Source: Deltaproteobacteria bacterium
Lineage (GTDB): Bacteria > Desulfobacterota > Syntrophia > Syntrophales > UBA6807
DNA: 64,000 bases
Reading direction: 5' to 3'
Assembly (NCBI GenBank): GCA_016935565.1
Contig: JAFGQS010000018.1
Location: 341-64,340 of the forward strand
Shown: positions 10,236 through 21,571 of the stretch, piece by piece
Numbering within the stretch: the stretch's first letter is position 1
Layout: every line of letters begins with the position of its first letter
Translations under genes and position numbers: made by a program
The notes under the pieces: generated by a model
What the model was told of the DNA's origin: nothing
Database searches by the model: none
Seen by the model: the letters and a program-made list of their open reading frames with translations, nothing else

Positions 10236-10733
10236 CTACTCGACTTTTTTAAACATCTTTCCTTTGGTATTACAGACAGGACATAGATCAGGAGGTTCAT
10301 TCTCCGCCGTATACCCACAGACGGGACAGACGAAATACGGATATTCCTCCTGTTTCGTATCCAGACTGTCGAGAGCATTTTTATAGAGCTCGGCATGAAC
10401 CTTCTCAACCTCGAAGGCATATCGGAACGTTCGTTCTGCATCCTTGTTTTTTTCAGCTTCAGCAGTTTCAAGCATCTTCGGATACATAGTCTTAAATTCA
10501 TATATCTCACCGTCGACTGCTTCTTCGAGATTCTCCTTTGTCGTTCGTATTCCTTTCAGGACTCTCAAATGATTGTGGGCATGAACGGTTTCGGCTTCTG
10601 CCGCTGCCCTGAAGAGCCGTGCAACCTGAGAATAACCGTCTCTTTGTGCCCTTTCGGAAAATGCCAGATATTTTCGGTTCGCCTGTGATTCTCCGGCAAA
10701 CGCCTCTTGGAGATATTCTTCTGTTTTCGACAT
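10236..10733 (-). CDS. rbr: rubrerythrin
   Basis: ATG 10733 after GGAGG. Diiron ExxH helices (EAETVHAHNH, EVEKVHAELY) plus a C-terminal rubredoxin motif CPVCG..CPVC. Confidence 0.9.
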   Translation of the reverse strand: MSKTEEYLQEAFAGESQANRKYLAFSERAQRDGYSQVARLFRAAAEAETVHAHNHLRVLKGIRTTKENLEEAVDGEIYEFKTMYPKMLETAEAEKNKDAERTFRYAFEVEKVHAELYKNALDSLDTKQEEYPYFVCPVCGYTAENEPPDLCPVCNTKGKMFKKVE

Positions 10734-11015
10734 AACCGAGCCTCCTTTTCTTCTTAAGGTTGAAAACATCATTTACGAAATACAATCATACATAATATAT
10801 TCATTATTATAAATGTTTTCAATGAAGATGGCCTCTCGGTTGTGACTCGGAAAAGCAGTCTTTCAGAAGTACGACGGCAACGGTAAGACAAAATATAACG
10901 ATTGGTAATTGATTAAGATTTAACACCTGTGATATCAGATATACCAACCGTTACATTTAAAGAATCTCCGTCGCTGGCTACGGGGAGTTTAATAGAGTGA
11001 GTTTGGCATGCCGTT

Positions 11016-14000
11016 ATGTATTTGAGACTCTATACCAGTAATCGTATGGAGATCCTGGCTGAGATGCTGGCCGAGGTCCTCAGTACGCCTCTTTCTTCAA
11101 TTCTGGACAAAGAACTTATTATCGTTCAGAGCAAGGGGATGGAACGCTGGGTTTCCTTGGAACTCGCCACGCGTCATGGTATCTGTTCAAACTATTGGTT
11201 CCCGTTTCCAAATGCATTCATCCACACCATGTTCCAAAAAATATTTCCCGATGTTCCTGAGCGTTCAACCTTCGACCCGGCTCTTCTCACGTGGATAATC
11301 ATGAAGGTTCTGCCATCTTGCATGAAGCGCCACGGTTTCCGGAGTCTCAGGGCTTATCTGGAAGACGCCGGGAATCATCTCAAACGTCTCCAGCTTTGCG
11401 AACGGATTGCTCACACGTATGACCAGTACCTTGTCTTCCGTCCCGAGATGATATTCAGGTGGGAAATGGGGGAGGAGAATCACTGGCAGGCCGATCTCTG
11501 GAGGGAACTTATCAAGGGCGTTGGTGCAGATCATTGTGCGGCGCTGGGAAAGATGTTTCTTGATACCATTCGAGAGGGTCACGGGACCGGGATGGATTTT
11601 CCGGAGAGGGTGTCTGTCTTCGGAATATCGGCACTTCCCCGCTTCCATATGCAGATCCTTGCCGGCATATCACGTTTTACCGAGGTAAATCTCTTTCTGA
11701 TGAATCCATGCCGGGAGTACTGGGGCGATATACGTTCGGGAAGAGAAATTCGCAAAACAAAAGCAAAACGGAACAATCAGCAGCATACTGACGATGAACT
11801 CTACCTTGAAGGAGGGAACAGCCTTCTCGCATCGATGGGGACGCTCGGCAGAGATTTTTTTGATGTATTACATGAATTCAATTGTGAAGAGATCGAATCA
11901 TTCAGTGACACCGGTAAAAAAACGCTTCTGTCGTATATTCAGTCCGATATTCTCAATCTCGTGGATCGGGAGGGACCGTTGCATGATAAGAAAATTATAC
12001 CGGAAAAAGACAGATCGATTCAGATTCACTCATGCCACAGTCCTATGCGGGAAATGGAGGTTCTGCAGGATCGTCTTCTCGATATGTTCGAAAGCGATCC
12101 GGAACTCACGCCCAAAGACATTGTGGTCATGATTCCCGATATTGAGAAATATGCACCGTATATACAGGCCGTCTTTGATATTTCCTATGACGATCCGAGG
12201 AGGATACCGTTTACCATTGCTGACCGGAGTGTGAAGCAGGAAAGTAAAATAATGGACACGTTCCTGGCAATACTCGACCTGGCGGGAAGCCGTTTCGGCG
12301 TTTCACAGGTTTGTGCGATTCTGGAATCACCGGTGGTGAAGAGACGGTTTGATATCGATGACGACGATTATGAACGAATGCACCGGTGGATTCATGATAC
12401 GCGCATTCGATGGGGAATTGATGGCGAGACCAGGAGCAGGGCCGGTCTTCATCGTTTCCGGGAAAATACGTGGAAGGCCGGACTCGAACGGCTGCTGTTG
12501 GGTTATGCCATGCCGGGACAGTACGAGACCATGATGAAGGACATTGTACCGTATGATAATGTGGAAGGGAGTGATGTCATGGTGCTCGGCCGTTTCATCG
12601 AATTTATGGTGAAACTGTTTACGCAGACGGCAGATCTCGAACAACCGCAAACCCTGGAGATGTGGTCTCAGACCCTGTCGGGTATTCTTGAGGGTTTCTT
12701 CAAACCTGATGATGATTCGGAACGGGAAATGCACCTGATCCGGCGCACGATCAATAGTCTGGCAGACATGCAGGAACTGGCGGACTTTCGTGAAGAAATC
12801 GACATCAAGACAGTACGCTGGCATATCGGCCATTGTTTTGAAAATGAAGGATACGGGTTCGGTTTCATAATGGGCGGCATTACCTTCTGCGCAATGCTTC
12901 CCATGCGGAGTATTCCCTTCAAGGTTACCTGTCTGGTCGGCATGAATCACGACGCTTACCCCCGGGAGTCCGTGACGGTGGGATTCGATCTCATGATGCA
13001 GAAGCCTCGACGGGGTGACCGGTCAAAACGAAACGACGACAGGTATCTTTTTCTGGAGGCAATACTTTCAACCCGGGATACATTATATATCAGTTATGAA
13101 GGGCAGAGTATCAAAGATAACAGCAGCAAACCACCATCAGTCATGGTGAATGAGCTTATTGATTATATTGAAGCGGGTTTTCAGATTCCCGGGAAAGACA
13201 TGCGGGAGCAACTCCTTATTCAACATCGTCTCCAGGCCTTTCATCCCGATTATTTCGGAGATCACCATTCGAACCGGGGCTCCAACCTGTTCAGCTATTC
13301 AGAACAGAATTACAAGGCAGCCGAATGTCTCGTCAAACCCCAGAAAGACCCTGTCCCATTTATCAGCAGGGGACTTTCGGAACCAGCGGATGAATGGAAG
13401 GTTGTCAGTATAAATGATTTATACCGTTTCTTCAGCAATCCGGCACGGTATCTTCTCAACAGGCGCCTGGGGATCTATCTGGACAACAGAGAAGGCATTC
13501 TTACGGACTCGGAAAATTTTGATATCCCCCCTCTGGAAGAATATCTCCTTGCGGAAGAATTGGTGAAAAGAACATTGGAGGGGCGGAGCCGTGGCGATCT
13601 TCACCGTATCGTGCAGGCTGCAGGCATGATTCCCCATGGTGCGGTAGGCGACTGCATGTATGAAGCACTCATCCGGGGTGTGGAACGATTTGTTGAAAAA
13701 ACGGTTCCGTACATGGGTGGCAAACCGTTTGACCCTCTGGATGTACAGCTGGATATAGACGGTTTCACGGTAACAGGGCGAATCGGTGATATTTACCCGG
13801 AACACACGCTGCAATTCCATTATGCGAGATTAAGACCCCGGGATCATTTGAAGGTGTGGATTAATCATCTGGTGCTCAATTACGTCATGGCTATCGATTG
13901 TTCCAGAAAGAGTATCCTGGCAATGCTTCGACCGAGACCCGGAGACGCCATCTGGACGGCATGGGAATATTTGCCCGTGGAGGATAGCGAAACACTATTG

Positions 14001-14291
14001 AAAACACTCCTGGATCTGTATTGGGCGGGACTGAAAAAGCCTCTTCACTTCTTCCCCGGCGCAGCCTGGGAATATGTTCGCATGATTCTTGAGAAAGAGA
14101 AGCAACCGGAGATTGCCCTGAAACAAGCCCACGCCGAATGGGTGGGGAGTGATTATCGTCGCGGTGAATGTGAGGATCTGTATTATCAACTGTGTTTCGG
14201 TACAACCGATCCCCTCGATGAAGAATTCAGACAGGTTGCGTGTAAGATTTATGAACCGATTCTTCAAAACTCCGGAGAGATGGCAGGATGA
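11016..14291 (+). CDS. recC: exodeoxyribonuclease V gamma subunit
   Basis: 1091 aa. N-terminus LRLYTSNRMEILAEMLAEVL..IIVQSKGMERWVSLEL mirrors the E. coli RecC N-terminus. Stop overlaps the recB start (ATGA at 14288). Confidence 0.9.
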   Translation: MYLRLYTSNRMEILAEMLAEVLSTPLSSILDKELIIVQSKGMERWVSLELATRHGICSNYWFPFPNAFIHTMFQKIFPDVPERSTFDPALLTWIIMKVLPSCMKRHGFRSLRAYLEDAGNHLKRLQLCERIAHTYDQYLVFRPEMIFRWEMGEENHWQADLWRELIKGVGADHCAALGKMFLDTIREGHGTGMDFPERVSVFGISALPRFHMQILAGISRFTEVNLFLMNPCREYWGDIRSGREIRKTKAKRNNQQHTDDELYLEGGNSLLASMGTLGRDFFDVLHEFNCEEIESFSDTGKKTLLSYIQSDILNLVDREGPLHDKKIIPEKDRSIQIHSCHSPMREMEVLQDRLLDMFESDPELTPKDIVVMIPDIEKYAPYIQAVFDISYDDPRRIPFTIADRSVKQESKIMDTFLAILDLAGSRFGVSQVCAILESPVVKRRFDIDDDDYERMHRWIHDTRIRWGIDGETRSRAGLHRFRENTWKAGLERLLLGYAMPGQYETMMKDIVPYDNVEGSDVMVLGRFIEFMVKLFTQTADLEQPQTLEMWSQTLSGILEGFFKPDDDSEREMHLIRRTINSLADMQELADFREEIDIKTVRWHIGHCFENEGYGFGFIMGGITFCAMLPMRSIPFKVTCLVGMNHDAYPRESVTVGFDLMMQKPRRGDRSKRNDDRYLFLEAILSTRDTLYISYEGQSIKDNSSKPPSVMVNELIDYIEAGFQIPGKDMREQLLIQHRLQAFHPDYFGDHHSNRGSNLFSYSEQNYKAAECLVKPQKDPVPFISRGLSEPADEWKVVSINDLYRFFSNPARYLLNRRLGIYLDNREGILTDSENFDIPPLEEYLLAEELVKRTLEGRSRGDLHRIVQAAGMIPHGAVGDCMYEALIRGVERFVEKTVPYMGGKPFDPLDVQLDIDGFTVTGRIGDIYPEHTLQFHYARLRPRDHLKVWINHLVLNYVMAIDCSRKSILAMLRPRPGDAIWTAWEYLPVEDSETLLKTLLDLYWAGLKKPLHFFPGAAWEYVRMILEKEKQPEIALKQAHAEWVGSDYRRGECEDLYYQLCFGTTDPLDEEFRQVACKIYEPILQNSGEMAG

Positions 14292-17200
14292 CGAATCAGT
14301 TTGACCTTTTAAACAATCCCCTCGGGGGGACGAACCTGATAGAAGCCAGTGCCGGTACGGGAAAAACATACACTATCAGTGGACTTTTTCTCAGGCTGAT
14401 CCTGGAACAAAATTATGATGTCGGTGAGATACTGGTCGTTACCTTTACCGAGGCAGCAACGGCGGAGTTGAAGGAACGAATCCGCAACAGGCTGGGCGAG
14501 GCGGTACGAGTATTTTCCGGTGAGGCCAGTGATGACGTTTTTCTCTCCGGCCTTGCGGAAAAACATGTTGATTCAAAGACGGCGTTAGTCTCTCTGAAAG
14601 AGGCCCTTCGATCGTTCGATCAGGCGGCCATATTTACCATACACGCTTTTTGCAGGAGAATGCTTACCGAAAATGCCTTCGAAAGCGGCAATCTCTTTGA
14701 TACGGAACTTGTCACGGATCTGTCCCGTCTCAAGAGGGAAGTCAGCGATGATTTCTGGCGCGGACATTTCTATCGAGCATCACCCCTTTTTGTACAGTAT
14801 GCGATTGACAGTCATGTTGCACCCGATGAACTGTATGGACTTCTGTCCGACACATATTGTCGCCCCCATCTGAAGATCATTCCGGAAGCAGGAATTCCCG
14901 ATTCTTCCGACGAGGAGCGTGAATATCTGGAATACTTTCATAAGGTTTGCTCGGCCTGGAAGTCTTCGCGGGACGACGTTGAGAAACTTCTCATGGAAGA
15001 CGAGGGACTGAATCGGACCAGATACGGGAAGTCAAAAATACCACGCTGGGTTCAATTGATGGATGCGTATGTGTCCTCCCCAGGAAATCAGATCGAATCA
15101 TGCGACTGGTTTAAAAAGTTTACGGCAAAGGAAATACGCAGTTCGGTAAAAAAACATCATGCACCACCGGAACACCCTTTTTTTGAACTCTGTGAGGATT
15201 TATGTGAACGTCGGAAGATATTGAAAGATATTTTTGAAGACCGTCTCCTCGGGCTGAAACAAGCGTTTTTCAGCCATGTGGACCGAGAGTTTGCGCGGCG
15301 CAAGACAGAGGAAAACGTTCTTTCTTTTGACGATCTACTGCTGAAGCTTCGTAATGCACTGGAAGGGCGAACGGGTGACGTACTTGCTCGATCGATTCGG
15401 GCAAAATTCAAGGCAGCACTTATCGATGAGTTTCAGGATACCGATCCGATTCAGTATGCAATTTTCAGAAAGGTATTCGGGACGAAGGATGGTGTACTCT
15501 TCCTTATCGGTGATCCGAAACAGGCCATATACAGTTTTCGAGGTGCCGATATCTTTACCTATATAGAGGCTGCTCAGGACGCAGAGGCCCGGTATACGCT
15601 CGACAGGAACTGGCGATCAAGCCCCGATCTGATTCGGGCTGTCAACACGATCTTTACGCAAGCAATTAATCCATTTATCTATAGGGATATTTCCTATGGA
15701 AGGTCTGTGCCGGGATTGGAGCACGATGGCGAATCATCAGGGGGAGAAGACCACGTCGGAGCTCCTTTCCGGATCTGGTTCGTCGATGCCCATAAGACTG
15801 TACAGTCCGAAAAACCACTGACGAAAACAGCTGCCCGGGAGTTGATTCCAAAAGCTGTCGCCGCTGAAATTTCAAGGCTTTTGAGACCGGATCAGGGCAA
15901 TCGAGTCACGATAGGAGGAACACCTCTCCGAGAAGAGGATATTGCCGTGCTGGTGAGGAAAAATATCGAAGCACGCCTCATGCAGGGTGCGCTTTCAGCG
16001 TTCGGCATTCCCAGTGTCCTGTGCAGTGCGGGAAACATCTATGATTCACATGAAGCTCTGGAAATTGAGAGGATATTATCCGGTCTTGCCGATCCGAACG
16101 ATGAGAACCTGATCAAGGGTGCTCTTTCAACAGACATGTTCGGCATGCGCGGAGAAGATCTGGATGACCTGATGAATAATGAAACGGCATGGGAAAAGAG
16201 GCTTCTTTCATTTCGCCGATATCACGATGCATGGCACAAACACGGATTTGTCCGCATGTTCAGATCACTCATTGAAACTGAAAATATAATTCCCCGTCTC
16301 ATGTCATTGCATGATGGGGAGCGACGAACGACGAATCTCATGCACCTTTCCGAAATTCTTCACCAGGCATCTCTCGAAAATAGCGTATCCATGACAGGTC
16401 TCTTACAGTGGTTTTCAGACAGGAGAAAATCGTCTCTGCCGGACGGGGAAGAGAACCAGTTACGCCTTGAAAGTGACGAAAATGCAGTAAAAATCGTTAC
16501 TGTTCATAAGAGTAAGGGTCTTGAGTATCCTGTCGTGTTCTGCCCCTTTCTGTGGGATGGTTCAAAGGTCAGAAATCCAAAGAAGCCCTTTCTGTTTCAT
16601 GATGAAGAGAACGGCAGGAGATTGACACTTGATCTCGGGTCCGGGGATATGGACAGAAACAGGGCCTTCGCGGAACAGGAACAGCTTGCGGAAAATATGA
16701 GATTACTCTATGTAGCACTGACGCGGGCGAAAGAACGCTGCTACCTGGTATGGGGACGTTTCAACGAGGCAGAGACGTCGGCTCCCGCCTATCTCTTCCA
16801 TCGCAGTGACGACCGGGATAACGAAAATGTCATCGAGAGAACTGAAAAACACTTCAAGACATTAAATGATGAAACCCTGTTCAACGAGTTGAAATCTATC
16901 CGTGATATGTCGCAGGGTGCCATCAGCCTGTGCGAGATGCCGATCAGGGATGATGAAAAATCTCTTTCTCGGAACAAAAGAGACGTTCAACTTACCTGCC
17001 GTACGTTTTCCGTACCGATAGACCGTGAGTGGCGCCTTGCAAGTTTCTCGTCGCTCATATCCGGAAGATCTCAGGATTCGGAAGTCGCCGATCGGGATAC
17101 AATCCTTATACATGATACCAGTGATGATCCGGGTGATGATAAAATGTTGGGAGTAAATGAGACACCGGTTATTTTTTCCTTTCCCCGGGGTGCCAAAGCG

Positions 17201-17920
17201 GGGACATGCCTCCATGATATCCTCGAGCACCTTGATTTTATTGTCGGCACCGGGACATCCATACAGCAACTGGTCGGAGAGAAACTCGCGGCTTACGGTT
17301 TTGATGCTGCATGGAACGACACGATCTGCGGAATGATTCGAAATATCGTGACGGTTCCGCTTGAACCGGAAAGAAATTACCTGACCCTTTCGTCTATAAG
17401 AAACGAGGACAGGCTCAATGAACTTGAATTCTATTTTCCCCTGAGATCGATTTCAACGAGAGGCTTGAATCGCCTATTTGAAAAACATACGGAATCACCC
17501 CCTGTGAGGGGATTTCCGGAACGAATCGAGCGGCTGCATTTTGCACCCGCCAGGGGCTTCATGAGGGGTTGCATCGACATGGTGTTCGGCTTCGAGGGTC
17601 GTTATTATCTGGTTGACTGGAAATCGAACTACCTGGGTGACCGGGTAAACGATTACGGACAGAATGCAATGGCTGCTGTCATGGAAAAGGAGTTCTATAA
17701 TCTTCAGTACTATATATATTCAATGGCACTGCATCAATACCTGCGACTGCGTCTGCCCGGCTATGATTATGAACGGCATTTTGGCGGAATATTTTATGTG
17801 TTTCTTCGCGGCGTAGATCCCCTCAATCCTCACGTCGGCATATATAGAGACAGACCGTCGGAGGAACTGATCGGCGAATTATGTGAGCAACTTATAACAG
17901 GAAGGGAAGCCCGTGAGTAA
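14288..17920 (+). CDS. recB: exodeoxyribonuclease V beta subunit (helicase-nuclease)
   Basis: UvrD-type motifs EASAGTGKT, DEFQDTD, VTVHKSKGLEYP. C-terminal PD-(D/E)xK nuclease (GCIDMVF..YYLVDWKSN). Confidence 0.95.
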   Translation: MTNQFDLLNNPLGGTNLIEASAGTGKTYTISGLFLRLILEQNYDVGEILVVTFTEAATAELKERIRNRLGEAVRVFSGEASDDVFLSGLAEKHVDSKTALVSLKEALRSFDQAAIFTIHAFCRRMLTENAFESGNLFDTELVTDLSRLKREVSDDFWRGHFYRASPLFVQYAIDSHVAPDELYGLLSDTYCRPHLKIIPEAGIPDSSDEEREYLEYFHKVCSAWKSSRDDVEKLLMEDEGLNRTRYGKSKIPRWVQLMDAYVSSPGNQIESCDWFKKFTAKEIRSSVKKHHAPPEHPFFELCEDLCERRKILKDIFEDRLLGLKQAFFSHVDREFARRKTEENVLSFDDLLLKLRNALEGRTGDVLARSIRAKFKAALIDEFQDTDPIQYAIFRKVFGTKDGVLFLIGDPKQAIYSFRGADIFTYIEAAQDAEARYTLDRNWRSSPDLIRAVNTIFTQAINPFIYRDISYGRSVPGLEHDGESSGGEDHVGAPFRIWFVDAHKTVQSEKPLTKTAARELIPKAVAAEISRLLRPDQGNRVTIGGTPLREEDIAVLVRKNIEARLMQGALSAFGIPSVLCSAGNIYDSHEALEIERILSGLADPNDENLIKGALSTDMFGMRGEDLDDLMNNETAWEKRLLSFRRYHDAWHKHGFVRMFRSLIETENIIPRLMSLHDGERRTTNLMHLSEILHQASLENSVSMTGLLQWFSDRRKSSLPDGEENQLRLESDENAVKIVTVHKSKGLEYPVVFCPFLWDGSKVRNPKKPFLFHDEENGRRLTLDLGSGDMDRNRAFAEQEQLAENMRLLYVALTRAKERCYLVWGRFNEAETSAPAYLFHRSDDRDNENVIERTEKHFKTLNDETLFNELKSIRDMSQGAISLCEMPIRDDEKSLSRNKRDVQLTCRTFSVPIDREWRLASFSSLISGRSQDSEVADRDTILIHDTSDDPGDDKMLGVNETPVIFSFPRGAKAGTCLHDILEHLDFIVGTGTSIQQLVGEKLAAYGFDAAWNDTICGMIRNIVTVPLEPERNYLTLSSIRNEDRLNELEFYFPLRSISTRGLNRLFEKHTESPPVRGFPERIERLHFAPARGFMRGCIDMVFGFEGRYYLVDWKSNYLGDRVNDYGQNAMAAVMEKEFYNLQYYIYSMALHQYLRLRLPGYDYERHFGGIFYVFLRGVDPLNPHVGIYRDRPSEELIGELCEQLITGREARE

Positions 17921-19760
17921 GGATACCCTCAATCGTCTTTGCAGCAGTGGAATTCTGTCACATATTGATATCCATTTTGCTTTGTTTGTCTGCAGTCTGT
18001 CAGGAGCAGATATGCCGGAGCTTTCACTGGCGGCAGCTCTTGTGAGCAGTCGTACACGACAGGGAGATATCTGCCTTGATCTTTCCGCTATTGCAGGAAC
18101 GCAGATGGTGGATGAAGCGGATGGCGAAACACCTGTGATCTGTCCCGATCTGAGTTTATGGTCTGAAAAACTCATGGGATCTGATGTAGTGGGCAGTCCC
18201 GGTGACTATAAACCGCTGATCCTTGACAATAAGAACAGGCTCTATCTCTTCCGGTACTGGGATTATCAGGAGAAACTGGCCGACCTGATCAGGAAACGTG
18301 TCAGCGATAATAAAGGAACGATCGACAGTGCCATGTTGAAGGATGGTCTTGAACGACTCGTACCCGGAGAAGGGAATGGTGATATTAACTGGCAGAAAGT
18401 AGCGGCATTTACTGCCGTAACAAAGAACTTATGCATTATTACCGGAGGGCCGGGGACAGGTAAAACCGCAACGATTGCGGCTATACTGGCCCTGCTTCTG
18501 GAACAGGATAAATCGCACAGGATGCGGATAGCCCTTGTGTCCCCCACCGGTAAGGCTGCTGCCAGACTGCAGGAATCGATTGAGATTACGAAAAAGCATC
18601 TCAAATGCTCTGAAAGTATCAAGAGGGCGATTCCTACAGAAACGTCAACCATTCACCGCCTTCTCGGTACGATTCCTCATTCTCCATATTTCCGTTATAA
18701 CAGCAACAATAAGCTCGCCATTGATGTGGTTGTTATCGATGAAGCCTCCATGGTTGACCTTGCCCTCATGTCTAAACTTGTTCAGGCGCTTCCGATGGAG
18801 TCGCGTCTCATATTATTAGGCGATAAAGATCAACTCGCTTCGGTCGAGGCAGGCGCCGTACTCGGTGATATCTGTGATACGGGAATCAACCACGGCTTTT
18901 CACAACGATTCTGTCGCGACATCAAAAAGGTTGCCGGCTATGAGATCGATGGGGATGGACGTGAAAGAAACAGATCAAATTTGCAGGATTGTATTATCCA
19001 GCTGAAGAAGAATTATCGCTTTGGCAGTCACAGCGGGATTGGCCTGATGAGTCGGGCCGTTAATGAAGGTGATGAGAATCGAGCAGTAGACCTGTTACAA
19101 AATGATAGTTTCCTGGATGTTACATGGAAAAGGCCCCCGTCGCCCGATGAAATATCACGGGTTTTCAGGGATACAGTCATTAAAACATACGGAGCGTGCT
19201 TGAAAGAGGATGATGTTCACGCAATGTTCCGTCTCTTTAATGAATTTCGGATTCTCTGCGCCGTCCGTGATGGTCCTCAGGGTGTGGATGTATTAAACGC
19301 AGTAACCGAGAATATCCTGAGAGAAGAAAGGTTCATAGAAGGGGATCGTCGCTGGTATAGAGGCCGTCCGATTTTGATTGCCAGAAATGATTATCGTTTA
19401 GGATTGTTCAATGGTGATGTGGGGATTGTGCTGCCGGATCCTGACGCAGACAAAGATCTTCGGGTCTTTTTCCCGGCACCTGATGGCAGCATTCGGAAAT
19501 TTCATCCTATGAGACTGCCCGAGCATGAAACCGTATATGCCATGACGGTTCATAAAAGTCAGGGGTCCGAATTTAACAGGGTGCACTTATTGTTACCCGA
19601 CAGGTATTCCCCCGTGTTAACCCGCGAACTCTTGTACACTGGTATTACCCGGGCACAAAAAAACGTCACGGTTTTCTCTTCGGAAAAAATCTTTCGTACC
19701 TCTGTTACCAGGCGGATCGAGCGTACATCCGGTCTCCGTGATGCTCTATGGGCAGAGTAA
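17913..19760 (+). CDS. recD: exodeoxyribonuclease V alpha subunit
   Basis: GTG start overlaps recB by 8 nt. SF1 helicase motifs GGPGTGKT, VIDEASMV, MTVHKSQGSEF. Confidence 0.93.
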   Translation: MSKDTLNRLCSSGILSHIDIHFALFVCSLSGADMPELSLAAALVSSRTRQGDICLDLSAIAGTQMVDEADGETPVICPDLSLWSEKLMGSDVVGSPGDYKPLILDNKNRLYLFRYWDYQEKLADLIRKRVSDNKGTIDSAMLKDGLERLVPGEGNGDINWQKVAAFTAVTKNLCIITGGPGTGKTATIAAILALLLEQDKSHRMRIALVSPTGKAAARLQESIEITKKHLKCSESIKRAIPTETSTIHRLLGTIPHSPYFRYNSNNKLAIDVVVIDEASMVDLALMSKLVQALPMESRLILLGDKDQLASVEAGAVLGDICDTGINHGFSQRFCRDIKKVAGYEIDGDGRERNRSNLQDCIIQLKKNYRFGSHSGIGLMSRAVNEGDENRAVDLLQNDSFLDVTWKRPPSPDEISRVFRDTVIKTYGACLKEDDVHAMFRLFNEFRILCAVRDGPQGVDVLNAVTENILREERFIEGDRRWYRGRPILIARNDYRLGLFNGDVGIVLPDPDADKDLRVFFPAPDGSIRKFHPMRLPEHETVYAMTVHKSQGSEFNRVHLLLPDRYSPVLTRELLYTGITRAQKNVTVFSSEKIFRTSVTRRIERTSGLRDALWAE

Positions 19761-19769
19761 TAAGAATGC

Positions 19770-19818
19770 GGCAAAGCAGCAAAGGCTGAAGATCAAAGGC
19801 TCATGGCGAAAGGTAGAA
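19770..19818. repeat. 7/14-nt periodic purine-rich array (GGCAAAG CAGCAAA GGCTGAA GATCAAA GGCTCAT GGCGAAA GGTAGAA)
   Basis: Read directly in the recD/pgm convergent spacer. A GGC recurs every 14 nt. Confidence 0.55.
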
Positions 19819-19829
19819 AACGAATGCCC

Positions 19830-19864
19830 GATTTTCGATATTCGGTTTTCGAATTTCCATTTCC
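19830..19864. repeat. heptamer array GATTTTC GATATTC GGTTTTC GAATTTC CATTTCC
   Basis: Five consecutive 7-nt units of GNNTTTC type. Partly complementary to the preceding purine-rich array (GAAAACGAAT pairs with ATTCGGTTTTC). Confidence 0.6.
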
Positions 19865-19909
19865 CTTTTTTGAACAGCCTCGTGTTGGCTTTTTCAACGG
19901 CTTCTTAAG

Positions 19910-21571
19910 TCAGTGTTCCTCTGTTCGTGCCGATGCCAGCGCACTGTTGATAATATCTCTGGCTTCTGCCTGTATCTGTTGTAAATGTTCTGCATCTTTA
20001 AAGCTTTCCGTATAGATTTTGTAGACGTCTTCGGTGCCCGACGGTCGAGCGGCAAACCATCCGTTTTTTGTGACTACTTTGAGTCCTCCGATTGATACTC
20101 TGTTACCGGGAGCCTCTGTCAGCTTGGCGACAATCTCATCTCCCGCCAATGTAGAGACTTTGATGTCATCCGGTGACAGGTTTTTCAGAACGGCTTTTTG
20201 CTCCGGTGTTGCGGCTTCATCAATTCTTTCGTAGATGGGATTGCCAAACAGGTCTATCAGGTTTTGATAGAGTTCGCCGGGGTCACGATCTGTTCTCGCG
20301 GTAATTTCCGCTGCCAGGAGATTCATAATGATACCATCCTTGTCGGTCGTCCAGACAGTTCCGTCTTTTCTGAGAAAGGATGCCCCTGCGCTTTCTTCTC
20401 CTCCGAAACCGACTGAACCATCGATTAACCCATCCACAAACCATTTAAATCCGACGGGTACTTCAGAGAGATATTTCTTCAAGTGATCTGCTACACGATC
20501 GATCATGCTGCTGCTCACGAGCGTTTTCCCTATCGCCGCATCCGGCTTCCATCCGGGCCGATTCTGGAAAAGATACCAGATGGCCACAGCAAGGTATGCA
20601 TTCGGATTCATGAGCCCAGCACTACGAGTTACGATTCCATGTCTATCACTGTCGGGATCGTTGCCGAAAGCGATATCGTATTTGTCCTTGAGCCCGATGA
20701 GACGAGCCATGGCATAAGGAGAGGAGCAGTCCATTCTGATTTTTCCGTCTCTGTCAACGGTCATAAATCCGAATGTGGGATCAACAAGAGGGTTCACCAC
20801 ATCAATATCCAATCCGTATTTTTCAGTTATAGGTGACCAGAACGATATAGAGGAACCGCCCAGGGGATCGACACCCATCGTTATTCCCGATGATCGAATG
20901 ACATCCATATCAATAACATTTTGAAGGTCATTCACATATGATTCTATATAATCATGCTCATGAGTCGTATCTGCTGTGATTGCTTTTTCATAGAGTATTC
21001 TCTTGACGTCGATGTTGCCGGCTTTCAAGAGATCATTGGCCCTGTTTTGCACGAGATCGGTCACGTGTGTATCGGCCGGTCCGCCATGGGGTGGGTTATA
21101 TTTGAATCCTCCGTCTTCGGGGGGATTATGAGAAGGTGTGACAACGATACCATCGGCGAAGCCGGACGCCTTTCCTCGATTATAAACGAGAATGGCATGT
21201 GAAATGACAGGGGTGGGGGTGTATCCCGAACCCTTTTGTATCATGACATCGACGGCATTTGCCGCCAAAACCTCCAGTGCGGTTACGAAACTTGATTCTG
21301 AAAGTGCATGAGTATCCATACCGAGAAACAGAGGTCCGTTGATTGTATTGGCCGATCTGTAGTCACATATTGCCTGTGTTGTAGCTAGGATGTGATCTTC
21401 ATTAAAGCTTTTTCGCAGAGAAGATCCTCTATGGCCTGAAGTTCCGAATGCCACCCGCTGTTCATGTTCTGAAACATCAGGATGTCCGGTGTAATATGCA
21501 CTGACAACCCTGGGAACATTGATTAACATGTTCCTCGGAGCGGGTTTACCTGCCAACCCATGGAGTGTCAT
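19910..21571 (-). CDS. pgm: phosphoglucomutase, alpha-D-glucose phosphate-specific
   Basis: 553 aa, collinear with E. coli Pgm. Motifs FGTSGHRGS (phosphoserine loop), [40 protein letters not shown]. Confidence 0.93.
   Translation of the reverse strand: MTLHGLAGKPAPRNMLINVPRVVSAYYTGHPDVSEHEQRVAFGTSGHRGSSLRKSFNEDHILATTQAICDYRSANTINGPLFLGMDTHALSESSFVTALEVLAANAVDVMIQKGSGYTPTPVISHAILVYNRGKASGFADGIVVTPSHNPPEDGGFKYNPPHGGPADTHVTDLVQNRANDLLKAGNIDVKRILYEKAITADTTHEHDYIESYVNDLQNVIDMDVIRSSGITMGVDPLGGSSISFWSPITEKYGLDIDVVNPLVDPTFGFMTVDRDGKIRMDCSSPYAMARLIGLKDKYDIAFGNDPDSDRHGIVTRSAGLMNPNAYLAVAIWYLFQNRPGWKPDAAIGKTLVSSSMIDRVADHLKKYLSEVPVGFKWFVDGLIDGSVGFGGEESAGASFLRKDGTVWTTDKDGIIMNLLAAEITARTDRDPGELYQNLIDLFGNPIYERIDEAATPEQKAVLKNLSPDDIKVSTLAGDEIVAKLTEAPGNRVSIGGLKVVTKNGWFAARPSGTEDVYKIYTESFKDAEHLQQIQAEARDIINSALASARTEEH

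Noticed and set aside
10798-10812. PerR/Fur-like box (TATTCATTATTATAA) upstream of rubrerythrin
   Set aside because: It matches only ~11/14 positions of the TTATAATnATTATAA consensus, in very AT-rich DNA. It is suggestive given rbr biology but not supportable from sequence alone.
11016-19760. recC-recB-recD as something unusual
   Set aside because: All three are full-length with intact helicase and nuclease motifs and tight overlaps. This is an ordinary RecBCD operon.
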